50,046 nucleotides of DNA from Ignavibacteriales bacterium. GTDB taxonomy: Bacteria; Bacteroidota; Ignavibacteria; UBA10030; BY39. Position 1 is the stretch's first letter. The number at the start of each line of letters is the position of its first letter. The stretch lies in contig JBBIOD010000008.1 of the NCBI GenBank assembly GCA_037443545.1, positions 1 to 50,046 of the forward strand. Reading direction: 5' to 3'. Below the pieces are notes generated by a model. That model worked only from the letters and a program-made list of their open reading frames with translations. It ran no database searches and was not told the DNA's origin. Below are positions 30,436 through 39,289 of the stretch, piece by piece. A program made the position numbers and the translations under genes.

Positions 30436-32595
30436 ATGACCGACATTTATCAACATCGCGGCGAAACAATTTATCTCGTTCTAATCTATCATCAGCATCA
30501 ACCGATATATATTGATTACGAAAAAGATCAATTAGCCGCTCCTTGGGTTCGGACACATTCCAGTAAAGATTATTATCGCATGCCTGCGATGCTGCAAAAA
30601 TATCCAAATGTTCATTGCACAATAAACCTAACCCCCTCACTCCTAAAGCAGATTGAAGAATACTATCTTCGACGGTCAAAACCAAACCACAATTTAAAGA
30701 CCGATGTTCTTTTCGATCTATTGATTAAGCCGGCAGCGAAATTTAGTCAGAAAGATATCAACAACTTATATAAAACTGCATGGAGTGGATTAAGCGTCAA
30801 CGAAGTGGTGAGAAGGAGATTTCCTGAATTCGATTTACTTCATTCTGAATTTACACAGGCGCTGAAAAATAATTTCGAAATTAACAATCGCAAAAAGCTT
30901 CGAGAACTGAAATTCTGGTTTTCGCTCGTGAACTTTGATCTTGATATTCTTGAAGCACCTTTGAAATTAACAGATGGAACAATAATCGATATCAGCGATA
31001 TGGTTGAACGTAAACCCGACCATAAATACTACTTACGCAAACCTGTAACCGAAGCCGATTGCCAACGACTATCAGCAGCAACTTACAAATTGATGTCGAA
31101 TATAATTCCAATCCATAAAAAATTAGCTTACGACTTAAAAACAAATACCGGGCAGATCGAATTAATTACTACACCGTTCAACCACCCTATTATTCCTTTG
31201 ATTTGCAATTCGGATGTCGGTAAAGCTGGTATGCCTCATCATCAATTTCCACAACAATTTTCCTTCCCTGAGGATGCAAACGAACAGGTAGAACAGGCGA
31301 TCAAGTTTTATGAAGAAAAATTTGGAACATTTCCTTTAGGACTGTGGCCCTCGGAAGGTTCAGTCAGCGAAGAAGCCCTCGAAATATTTTTGAATTGTGA
31401 TATAAAGTGGGTTGCGACGGATATGCAAATTTTACGGAAATCGTCGCACGAAAACTTATCACACCTTACACCTTATAGATATAAAGATTCTGAAGGTGCG
31501 ATATTTTTCAGGGATACTGAATTATCGGACAGAGTAAGTTTTAGGTATCAATATTTAGATGGCGAAGAAGCGGCTGATGATTTTATAAAATATGTGCTAG
31601 CACAAACACACCGCGATAAAAAACGTGACCGAATTTTAACTGTGATTATGGACGGGGAGAATGCTTGGGAATGGTTTCACCGTGATTATGAGGGGCGAGA
31701 ATTTTTGAACGCCCTTTATCGTAAATTAGAAAAATTATTCCATACACGACAAATTGTTACTGTAACACCCGCCGAATTAATTTACGGTAATCCGAAGCGA
31801 AACATTCCTCCGCATCCTATTCAAGATTTTCCAAAATTATCCCGTCTGGCGGCGGGCTCCTGGATTCACGGCGATTTCAGTAAATGGATAGGGAATAAAG
31901 AAAAAAATGAAGAATGGGAATTGTTGCTGCAAGCCCGCTCGGATTTAAAAAAACATAAAGTACCTCACAGTATCAACAAAAAATTAAAACCTAACACGAA
32001 ATTATCGTACGCTAATCAAGCTTGGCACGAAATGTACGCCGCCGAAGGTTCAGATTGGTTTTGGTGGGCAGGTGAGAATCAAGAATCGCCATCGGATAAA
32101 AAACCTTTTAATGAATTATTTTTGCAACGGATAGAAAGAGTTTATACAAACGCAAATAAAGCCGGATTTAAATTACAGTTACCCAATTTCCCTAAGACGC
32201 ATCAAACAACCACAAAGCACTCTGTTACAAAAATTAAAACCATGCATACAGGTAGGAAAATGGTGCGTGTTATGTTTTTGTGCGACGCACGCAAAGTTAA
32301 TGTCAAAGAATTGATCTACATAACAGGGAACGTGGAGGAGTTAGGCGATTGGAACCCCAACTCAGTGAGAATGTACGACGATGCTACACACGGCGATACA
32401 AAGGCAAACGACGGTATCTGGGCATTGGAAGTTTACCTACCTGAAGGGAAAGAAATTTCTTATAAATATACAAACAGCGGCAAACCGAGTGTGTGGGGCA
32501 ACTCTGAAGAATTTCCGGCACTTAATCGCACCGCTATTATTAACGCTGATGATGAAAACAAACATATTATTAAAGATTTATTCGGTAAATTATAA
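30436..32595 (+). CDS. GH57 amylopullulanase-like glycoside hydrolase with a C-terminal CBM20-like module
   Basis: HQHQP, WPSEGSVS (nucleophile), MDGENAWE (acid/base) and AEGSDWFWW; C-terminal YITGN..ELGDW...YKY. Confidence 0.88.
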   Translation: MTDIYQHRGETIYLVLIYHQHQPIYIDYEKDQLAAPWVRTHSSKDYYRMPAMLQKYPNVHCTINLTPSLLKQIEEYYLRRSKPNHNLKTDVLFDLLIKPAAKFSQKDINNLYKTAWSGLSVNEVVRRRFPEFDLLHSEFTQALKNNFEINNRKKLRELKFWFSLVNFDLDILEAPLKLTDGTIIDISDMVERKPDHKYYLRKPVTEADCQRLSAATYKLMSNIIPIHKKLAYDLKTNTGQIELITTPFNHPIIPLICNSDVGKAGMPHHQFPQQFSFPEDANEQVEQAIKFYEEKFGTFPLGLWPSEGSVSEEALEIFLNCDIKWVATDMQILRKSSHENLSHLTPYRYKDSEGAIFFRDTELSDRVSFRYQYLDGEEAADDFIKYVLAQTHRDKKRDRILTVIMDGENAWEWFHRDYEGREFLNALYRKLEKLFHTRQIVTVTPAELIYGNPKRNIPPHPIQDFPKLSRLAAGSWIHGDFSKWIGNKEKNEEWELLLQARSDLKKHKVPHSINKKLKPNTKLSYANQAWHEMYAAEGSDWFWWAGENQESPSDKKPFNELFLQRIERVYTNANKAGFKLQLPNFPKTHQTTTKHSVTKIKTMHTGRKMVRVMFLCDARKVNVKELIYITGNVEELGDWNPNSVRMYDDATHGDTKANDGIWALEVYLPEGKEISYKYTNSGKPSVWGNSEEFPALNRTAIINADDENKHIIKDLFGKL

Positions 32596-32608
32596 AGGGA
32601 ATGATTAA

Positions 32609-33022
32609 ATGAAAATGCACACTGAATACCTCTGGATGAACACAAAAAAACATAGGGACTATATCAACATAACAAACGATGTTGAAGAAATTTTACAACG
32701 CAGCGGAATTAGAGAAGGGATGATATTGATATCGGCGATGCACATCACGGCAGGTGTCTACATCAACGACGCTGAGTCGGGTTTGATACAAGATATCGAT
32801 GAGTGGCTCGAAAAATTGGCGCCGTTCAATCCTGAATACCGACACCATCGAACGGGCGAAATCAACGGCGATGCACATCTGAAAAGTTTGCTGATCCATC
32901 ACGAAGTAATCGTTCCTGTTACGAATGGTCGTCTCGATTTCGGGCCTTGGCAGCAGGTCTATTACGCCGAATTCGATGGGCAACGCCGGAAACGGGTAAT
33001 CATCAAAGCAATGGGCGAATAG
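32609..33022 (+). CDS. yjbQ: YjbQ/UPF0047 family protein
   Basis: [13 protein letters not shown] and [13 protein letters not shown] motifs. Confidence 0.92.
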   Translation: MKMHTEYLWMNTKKHRDYINITNDVEEILQRSGIREGMILISAMHITAGVYINDAESGLIQDIDEWLEKLAPFNPEYRHHRTGEINGDAHLKSLLIHHEVIVPVTNGRLDFGPWQQVYYAEFDGQRRKRVIIKAMGE

Positions 33023-33025
33023 GGT

Positions 33026-33054
33026 TTGCAAAAGTTTTATGATTAGTTTATATT
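33026..33054 (+). promoter_or_regulatory. Sigma70-type promoter for GWxTD-lpxL-waaF
   Basis: TTGCAA-17 bp-TATATT. Confidence 0.55.
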
Positions 33055-33080
33055 TATTTTGAAAAATTGAAAGAATAAAA

Positions 33081-34472
33081 ATGAAATTCAAACTCATAAT
33101 TATTATAACCCTATCCTTCGTTTTAACTATAAATTTATTCGGGCAAATAATTTCACCAAAACATAATTTACAATTGAATGTGGATTTAACACGTTTTTTT
33201 GGTGATGAATCAAATGTGCTACTGGAAACTTATTATAGTTTCCGCACAGATGAACTCTCTTATATATTTAACGACGGCATGTTTAGCGGTGGTATTAATA
33301 TATCCGTGGAGATAAAGCAAGCCGAAAATATTCTTGAAAAAGACAACTGGACCGTTCCAAGTTCCGCCGCCGATTCCGCTACAGTAACGATTGGTAAAAC
33401 TCTCGTCGGTGTGAGAAAATATTTTTTAAAATCGGGTGAGTATGATTTTAAAATTATTGCAACCGATATAAATGACAAAGATCAGGTTGATAGTTTACGG
33501 TTCCCAATAAGTATTTCTCTTTTCCCAACTGATAGAGAAGCCATTAGCGATATCGAAATATGTTCGTCAATTAAACAAATACCAAAAGATGACAACAACA
33601 TATTTTATAAAAATACTTTAGAGGTAATTCCTAATCCGAGTCTCCTTTTCGGTCCCGGTTTACCAATTCTATATTATTATCTTGAAGGTTACAATCTTCT
33701 TCATAAAGAATCATCCGAAGAATACCTGCTCAAAACATCAGTATTAGATGCAACCGGCAAGGAAATTATAACACACGAGAAAAACAAGAAGCGTGTTAAC
33801 AATTCCAGCGTCGAAATTGGGACAATCAATACTTCATCGTTAAAAGGCGGAACGTATACTCTTAAAATTACGATTAGCGATACGGTTAGACGTACAGCCG
33901 CAGTTTCGGCGAAGCGTTTTTTTATTTACAATCCCGGTCACACCGATTCCCTGCGTACATTATCTTCCGGTGGAATGGTCAGCAGCGAATATGCTTTGAT
34001 GTCGGACACCGATGTTCAGGACGAATACGAATTGCTTTCATATATTATAACCGATGGCGAGAAAAAGCAATTTGGGAAACTGACCGAATTAGATGCAAAG
34101 AGGAAGTTCTTGTATGATTTTTGGAAACGTCGTGATATCGATCCTTCTACTACGATAAATGAATTCAAGGAAGAATATATGAAGCGAGTGGAATACGTTA
34201 AGCAAACCTATTCAGCCTCATTCAAGAAAGGTTGGAAAACTGACCGAGGGAGAGTTTATATAGTGTATGGACCGCCAGATGATATAGAACGTTATCCAAG
34301 TTCTTATGATGCTGAACCTTATGAAATATGGAATTACAACTCGATTCAAAATGGTGTAATTTTTATTTTTATCGATCGCGCCAATCAAGGAGATTACCGC
34401 CTCTGTCACTCTAACCATCGGAACGAATTGCAAGACGAAAATTGGTACAATCAAATTCAGAAAGCAAGATAG
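33081..34472 (+). CDS. GWxTD domain-containing exported protein
   Basis: Signal-peptide-like start; FW..RD.DP, GWKTDRGRVYIVYGPPD and EIWNY. Confidence 0.9.
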   Translation: MKFKLIIIITLSFVLTINLFGQIISPKHNLQLNVDLTRFFGDESNVLLETYYSFRTDELSYIFNDGMFSGGINISVEIKQAENILEKDNWTVPSSAADSATVTIGKTLVGVRKYFLKSGEYDFKIIATDINDKDQVDSLRFPISISLFPTDREAISDIEICSSIKQIPKDDNNIFYKNTLEVIPNPSLLFGPGLPILYYYLEGYNLLHKESSEEYLLKTSVLDATGKEIITHEKNKKRVNNSSVEIGTINTSSLKGGTYTLKITISDTVRRTAAVSAKRFFIYNPGHTDSLRTLSSGGMVSSEYALMSDTDVQDEYELLSYIITDGEKKQFGKLTELDAKRKFLYDFWKRRDIDPSTTINEFKEEYMKRVEYVKQTYSASFKKGWKTDRGRVYIVYGPPDDIERYPSSYDAEPYEIWNYNSIQNGVIFIFIDRANQGDYRLCHSNHRNELQDENWYNQIQKAR

Positions 34473-34480
34473 TTGGATGA

Positions 34481-35356
34481 ATGAAAAATCAGATAGAATA
34501 TCTTTTATTTAGATTTTTTCGTTTCATTGTTCTAAACCTCTCCCTAAAGAATGCACAACAGTTAGGTTTAAAATTATCTAATATTTTTTTTATCATATTA
34601 ACTCGCCGCAAACAAATTGCTGTCGATAATTTGAGGCAAGCATTTCCTGAAAAATCCGATGCGGATATTTTGATGATAACTAAAAAAGCTTTCCAAAATT
34701 TTGGAATCACGATTGCTGAATTGCTATGGTCTCCGCGCCTCACTCCTGATCTCATCGATCAACTTGTTAAGTATAAGAATTTGGATTTATTGTTCAACCG
34801 TTATAAAGAAGGGAAGGGAGTGCTAATGCTTTCGGGGCATTTCGGAAATTGGGAGTTGTTTGCCTTGGCGACGGGCTTTGTATCTAAAATCCCTTGTACT
34901 ATCATCGTCAAAACCCAAACTAATTTGCTGGTGGATAAAATAATTAATGAACACAGAACTTTGTTTGGAAACAAAGTAGTTCCAATGGAATTAGCAGTGG
35001 GTAAAATATTGGGCTCGTTGAGTAAAGGTGGTGTTGTAGCGATGATCGCCGATCAGAGCGCTCCCAAAGAGAGTGTTTTTGTGAATTTTTTCGGAAAACA
35101 GGTTGCAACATTTCAAGGACCTGCGCTGTTTGGTTTACGCACCGGCGCTGCGATGCTAATGGGAATAATCATACGCAAACCAGATTTTAGTTATGATGCG
35201 ATAATCGAAGAAATCAATACTTCCGATCTGACTGAATACAACGAAGCCAATGTGTACGAACTGACCCAAAGGCATACAGCAGTCTTAGAAAAATATATAC
35301 GTATGTATCCCGAACAATGGATGTGGACACATAGACGTTGGAAAAATATTAAATGA
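34481..35356 (+). CDS. Lipid A late acyltransferase (LpxL/HtrB family)
   Basis: HFGNWE, ADQ, V.FFG and PEQWMWTHRRWK motifs. Confidence 0.92.
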   Translation: MKNQIEYLLFRFFRFIVLNLSLKNAQQLGLKLSNIFFIILTRRKQIAVDNLRQAFPEKSDADILMITKKAFQNFGITIAELLWSPRLTPDLIDQLVKYKNLDLLFNRYKEGKGVLMLSGHFGNWELFALATGFVSKIPCTIIVKTQTNLLVDKIINEHRTLFGNKVVPMELAVGKILGSLSKGGVVAMIADQSAPKESVFVNFFGKQVATFQGPALFGLRTGAAMLMGIIIRKPDFSYDAIIEEINTSDLTEYNEANVYELTQRHTAVLEKYIRMYPEQWMWTHRRWKNIK

Positions 35357-36396
35357 ATATAAGCGGGAAGATACTGATTTTTCAATCTGCATTTATCGGT
35401 GATGTTATTTTAACATTACCGATGGTCCAACTCCTTAAAAAAAGATTTCCGTCAGTTGCAATCGATTTTGTTGCAACCAAGCGGGCATCCGATGTTTTGC
35501 AAAATCATCCGGATATTAATGAAATTATTATTTATGATAAATACGGAGAGGATAAGGGTTATAAAGGTTTCAAAAGGTTAACCGATTTATTGAAATCAAA
35601 AAAATATGACGCGGCAATTGTTCCGCATCGTTCGATACGAAGTGCACTCATAATATATTTTTCTAAAATAAAAACGAGAATAGGATTTAATAGAAGCGCA
35701 GGAAGAATTTTTTTTTCTCATGTAGTGAAGTATCGTTACGATTTACATGAGGTAGAACGGAACACATCACTTCTGCGACCATTATTAATTGAAACCCAGA
35801 GCAAGGAATTGCCGCGACTTTATCCAAGTATGGTTGATAAAAAAGTTGTAGATAAAATCTTATTCGAAGAAGAAATCTTGGACACAAGCAATCTAATCGG
35901 TGTTGCTCCCGGTTCAGTTTGGAATACGAAGCGTTGGACTAAAGAAGGTTATCTTCAATTAGTGTGGAAATTACTTAAAAAAAAATATATCGTTTGTTTG
36001 ATAGGGGGTAAAGAGGACGCTGAACTTTGTAACGCAATTATTAACAACATACCTGGTGGAGGTGTGATCAATTTATCGGGTAAACTTACTTTGCTCCAAT
36101 CTGCTGAATTAATTAGCCGGTGCCGTGTGTTAATTACAAACGATAGTTCGCCTGTTCATATTGCTGCGGCGGTTGATACTCCGGTGGTCGCCATATTCGG
36201 TGCAACCTCACCATCGTTCGGATTTGCACCCTACAACGACGGCAGTGGGGTTGTAGAAACAGTCGGACTCAAATGCAGGCCGTGCGCCATCCACGGCGGC
36301 GATAAATGCCCGGTTGGAACTTTCGATTGTATGAAAAGAATTACACACGAAATTGTTTTTAAGAAAGTTGTGGAAATAGATAGGCTGATAAAATGA
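35353..36396 (+). CDS. waaF: LPS heptosyltransferase (GT9, WaaF-like)
   Basis: IGDVIL, APGS.W.TKRW, NDSSPVHIAAA, FGAT and C.PC..HG...CP motifs. Confidence 0.85.
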   Translation: MNISGKILIFQSAFIGDVILTLPMVQLLKKRFPSVAIDFVATKRASDVLQNHPDINEIIIYDKYGEDKGYKGFKRLTDLLKSKKYDAAIVPHRSIRSALIIYFSKIKTRIGFNRSAGRIFFSHVVKYRYDLHEVERNTSLLRPLLIETQSKELPRLYPSMVDKKVVDKILFEEEILDTSNLIGVAPGSVWNTKRWTKEGYLQLVWKLLKKKYIVCLIGGKEDAELCNAIINNIPGGGVINLSGKLTLLQSAELISRCRVLITNDSSPVHIAAAVDTPVVAIFGATSPSFGFAPYNDGSGVVETVGLKCRPCAIHGGDKCPVGTFDCMKRITHEIVFKKVVEIDRLIK

Positions 36397-36965
36397 ATTA
36401 TGAAAATAAAATTATTTCGCCTCCTGGTGGTATTCAGAAGGTGAAATCTTATCAGATGGCTGAGATTGTTTTAGATACAACTGTAAAATTCTGTGAGCGT
36501 TTTATAGCCAAACGATCTCGGATTGTTGGTTGAATGGTGAGAGCAGCAAAGAGCGGTAAGCAAAACATCGCGGAAGTTAGTACGGCATCGGGCACTTCCA
36601 ACAAAACCGATCTAAAGCATCTTAGTTTTGTAAGAACCAGATTAGAAATGTTGCATTTAGATTAGCAGAATTTTTTAAGAGAGCACTGTTTGCAACTTTT
36701 GGGCAGGAGGATAAAAGAATTTTAGAAATTAATAAAATCGAGATTCGGGCGATATGTCGTACATTTCCTATTTACATATATTGAGGAAAAGACGGAGGAG
36801 GTTAACGTAATCGCGATGGTTTGTATCATACACCAAACCAATTATTTGGTTGATTAGCCACTGCGCCAACTCGAGCGAGTATTTCTGAATAATGGCGGCT
36901 TTACCAGAGGTTTAATCAGGTGCCATGGGATGCACGGAAGAATACCTATTCAATATATTTTGTAA
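36393..36965 (+). pseudogene. Decayed four-helix-bundle (23S rRNA IVS protein-like, suffix-domain type) gene
   Basis: One frame from ATG 36393 reads ..PPGGIQKVKSYQMAEIVLDTTVKFCERFI..*MVRAAKSGKQNIAE...SGTS...LD*QNFLR...CIIHQTNYLVD*PLRQLERVFLNNGGFT; stops at 36531 (TGA), 36663, 36723 and 36855 (TAG). Confidence 0.85.
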
Positions 36966-37020
36966 ATTGCATACTTCTATAAATTTTAGTAGGTTATCAG
37001 TGAAATATAATAATATAAAT

Positions 37021-37788
37021 ATGGATGCCAATAATAAAATTAAAGAAAACGTGAAGCAAAAATATACGCAGATTGCTAAAGGTGAGGTGAAACTCGAAGT
37101 CGCACCGAGTTCCTGCTGCTCATGCAGTAGTAACGACGGTAAAGTTGTGTTCGATATGTCTGCACAATATAACGATTCTGACAGAGCGGCGATTCCTGAT
37201 GGCGCAGACCTTGGCCTCGGTTGTGGAACTCCTGCCGCTTATGCAGATTTAGTAGAAGGAATGACGGTTCTGGATTTAGGCTCAGGAGCCGGCATTGATT
37301 GCTTTGTTGCTTTGAAATACGTCGGTAAAACCGGTAAAGTAATCGGTGTAGATATGACCGAAGAGATGATTAACGTTGCAAACGAGAACAAGAAGAGAAT
37401 AAGTGCGACTAATATTGAATTCCGTTACGGAGAAATTGAGGCTCTTCCTATCGAAAGCAACTCAATTGATAGAGTCATCAGTAATTGTGTTATCAATCTT
37501 GTGCCGGATAAACAAAAAGCGTTCAGCGAAATTTACCGCGTGTTGAAGATGAATGGAAAATTTACCGTCTCGGATATTGTCGTAGATGGTGTGATTTCAG
37601 AAAAAGAGAGGCAAGAGGTAGCACTCTGGGCTGGTTGTATAAGCGGTGCACTGAGCCAGGATGAATACATCGGTATCATTGAGAAGGTGGGCTTCAATAA
37701 CATCAATATTGTTTCTAGAAAAAAATACGACTACAAACTCGAATCGGGTTGTGGACTTTACTCGCTCACCGTAACAGGAACAAAATAA
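37021..37788 (+). CDS. arsM: Arsenite methyltransferase (start revised to ATG at 37021)
   Basis: SSCCSC, LGLGCGTP, LDLGSGAG.D, ISNCVINL and WAGCISGAL cover the conserved ArsM cysteines. Confidence 0.88.
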   Translation: MDANNKIKENVKQKYTQIAKGEVKLEVAPSSCCSCSSNDGKVVFDMSAQYNDSDRAAIPDGADLGLGCGTPAAYADLVEGMTVLDLGSGAGIDCFVALKYVGKTGKVIGVDMTEEMINVANENKKRISATNIEFRYGEIEALPIESNSIDRVISNCVINLVPDKQKAFSEIYRVLKMNGKFTVSDIVVDGVISEKERQEVALWAGCISGALSQDEYIGIIEKVGFNNINIVSRKKYDYKLESGCGLYSLTVTGTK

Positions 37789-38130
37789 TTGGCTCTTCAA
37801 AAAAAATTAACATCTCTCTCAGATTTGGAGCAGCTTCTACCGAATACTGGACAGCATAAACCTCAAAGCCCAAACATTCCTCCAAAGCATAAGCACGATG
37901 GGAAAGGGAAACCTGTTCGAGTTTCTTTGGAAAAGAAAGGGAGGAAAGGAAAAACTGTAACAATCGTTTCCGGTTTACAACACAATCCTTCCACTATGGA
38001 AGAGATTGCCCGAATACTGAAGCAGTATTGCGGAGCTGGCGGCACTGTGAAAGAAGGACAAATCGAAATTCAAGGTGATAATAGATCTCGTGTTACAGAA
38101 AAACTAAGGGAAATGAATTACAATCCTTGA
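37789..38130 (+). CDS. yciH: SUI1/YciH translation initiation factor homolog
   Basis: GRKGKTVT, LKQYCGAGGTVK and IEIQGD motifs. Confidence 0.92.
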   Translation: MALQKKLTSLSDLEQLLPNTGQHKPQSPNIPPKHKHDGKGKPVRVSLEKKGRKGKTVTIVSGLQHNPSTMEEIARILKQYCGAGGTVKEGQIEIQGDNRSRVTEKLREMNYNP

Positions 38131-38238
38131 AGGTTTGTTAAAAACACATAATTTTTGTAATTTATCTCGGTAAAATATATGTGAATTCTCGGATTATACG
38201 AAGAAATTGCCGATTGCTAATTGACTTTTAACTATTTG

Positions 38239-38336
38239 TATGAGCCCGTAGTTCCAATTTGACATAACTTAACAGATATTGGTAAAGACAGATTAAGTTA
38301 ACATTCAAATTGAGAATCCCGTTGCAAGGCGGGAAT
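38239..38336 (+). other. tRNA-like partial duplicate with a long hairpin insertion
   Basis: TATGAGCCCGTAGTTC (38239-38254) matches TATGCGCCCGTAGCTC (38344-38359) at 14/16; then an interrupted stem CAATTTGA..TAACTTAA/TTAAGTTA..TCAAATTG, AGAAT, and TCCCGTT-gcaa-GGCGGGA. Confidence 0.55.
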
Positions 38337-38346
38337 CAAACAATAT

Positions 38347-38420
38347 GCGCCCGTAGCTCAGTTGGATAGAGCGGCAGCCTCCGAAGCTGTAGGCCGCGCG
38401 TTCGAATCGCGCCGGGCGTA
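38347..38420 (+). tRNA. tRNA-Arg (anticodon CCG); CCA not encoded
   Basis: Acceptor GCGCCCG/CGGGCGT, D-arm GCTC-AGTTGGATA-GAGC, anticodon arm GCAGC-CTCCGAA-GCTGT, T-arm GCGCG-TTCGAAT-CGCGC. Confidence 0.96.
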
Positions 38421-38543
38421 CTTCAAATCCGACCGGATTTATCTATCCCGCAAACCAGGAGAAGATAGGCGCTAAATCGGATAAGAAATAATTATTAAAT
38501 CAATAATCAAACATTTTAACTAAACATAAAGGTATTCAATCAA

Positions 38544-39233
38544 ATGCTTCGTCCTAAAAAGAAACTCTCAAAAAAAGAAATGAAAATCGACCCTCTCCTT
38601 ACAACTTATTCTAAGGTTTTAATTTTCTACGAGAAGAATAAAAAATATATTTCTTATGCTTTTACTGGATTAGTAGTAGTGGTAATCGCTATCGTCTTCT
38701 ATTTAAATAACCGGGCGGCAAACAACGAGCTTGCTTCTATTCAATTAGGAAAAATATTCCAATTCTACGACCAAAATAATTTTCATGTTGCAATCGATGG
38801 ACAGCCCGAAAAAGGTTTGAACGGTTTGAAAAAAATTGTGGATGAATACGGAGGGACAAAATCAGGAGAATTGGCAAGATTTTATTTAGCTAACGCATAT
38901 TATGAAATTGGGGAAACTGATAAAGCTCTCGCCGAATACGAAGATGTAAGTGTTTCCGACAATCTGCTACAGGCTTCGGTTTATGCTGGGATAGCCGGTT
39001 GTTACGAACGTAAAAGCGATTATTTACAGGCAGCCAAGTATTATGAAAAAGCAGCTAACAAAGTCTCGGACAACGTCCTGACACCCGAATACCTCAGCTT
39101 AGCTGGAAAAAATTACGGTAACGTTGGCAAAAAAGAAAATGCAGTAAATATTTTTAAACGGATCAAAAAAGAATTCAAAGAGAGCAATGTTGCCCGTGAT
39201 GTTGATCGGTATATTGCAGAATATTCCAATTAA
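38544..39233 (+). CDS. Membrane-anchored TPR protein (YfgM-like)
   Basis: Basic N-terminus, one TM helix, TPR-like repeats (ARFYLANAYY, A..YYEKA). Confidence 0.85.
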   Translation: MLRPKKKLSKKEMKIDPLLTTYSKVLIFYEKNKKYISYAFTGLVVVVIAIVFYLNNRAANNELASIQLGKIFQFYDQNNFHVAIDGQPEKGLNGLKKIVDEYGGTKSGELARFYLANAYYEIGETDKALAEYEDVSVSDNLLQASVYAGIAGCYERKSDYLQAAKYYEKAANKVSDNVLTPEYLSLAGKNYGNVGKKENAVNIFKRIKKEFKESNVARDVDRYIAEYSN

Positions 39234-39252
39234 TACTTTTTGATTTTTAAAC

Positions 39253-39284
39253 AACCCACCCTGAAATATTACGGGTGGGTTTTT
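39253..39284 (+). terminator. Intrinsic terminator-like hairpin after the TPR gene
   Basis: AACCCACCC-11 nt-GGGTGGGTT followed by TTT. Confidence 0.65.
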
Positions 39285-39289
39285 CATTT

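Noticed and set aside
36393-36965. Stop-codon reassignment or read-through explaining the in-frame TAG/TGA codons
   Set aside because: TAG and TGA end intact genes in this window (e.g. nadD, the response regulator, waaF); the stops fall at different residue types and come with many missense changes, which fits decay
36393-36965. Diversity-generating retroelement (Avd-like gene)
   Set aside because: No reverse transcriptase and no TR/VR repeat pair differing at adenines was seen
36925-37020. N-terminal extension of ArsM in the ORF track
   Set aside because: It overlaps the pseudogene tail and an AT-rich spacer; ArsM-like sequence starts at ATG 37021
28758-37788. Arsenosugar pathway from the DUF2064-like gene plus arsM
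   Set aside because: The genes are about 7.5 kb apart in different operons, the DUF2064-like motifs are degenerate, and no ArsS-type radical SAM gene is present
38239-38420. Integrated prophage or island at tRNA-Arg
   Set aside because: No integrase or cargo; the duplicated part is the 5' end, only 105 bp away; I saw no distant copy of the tRNA 3' end in the window
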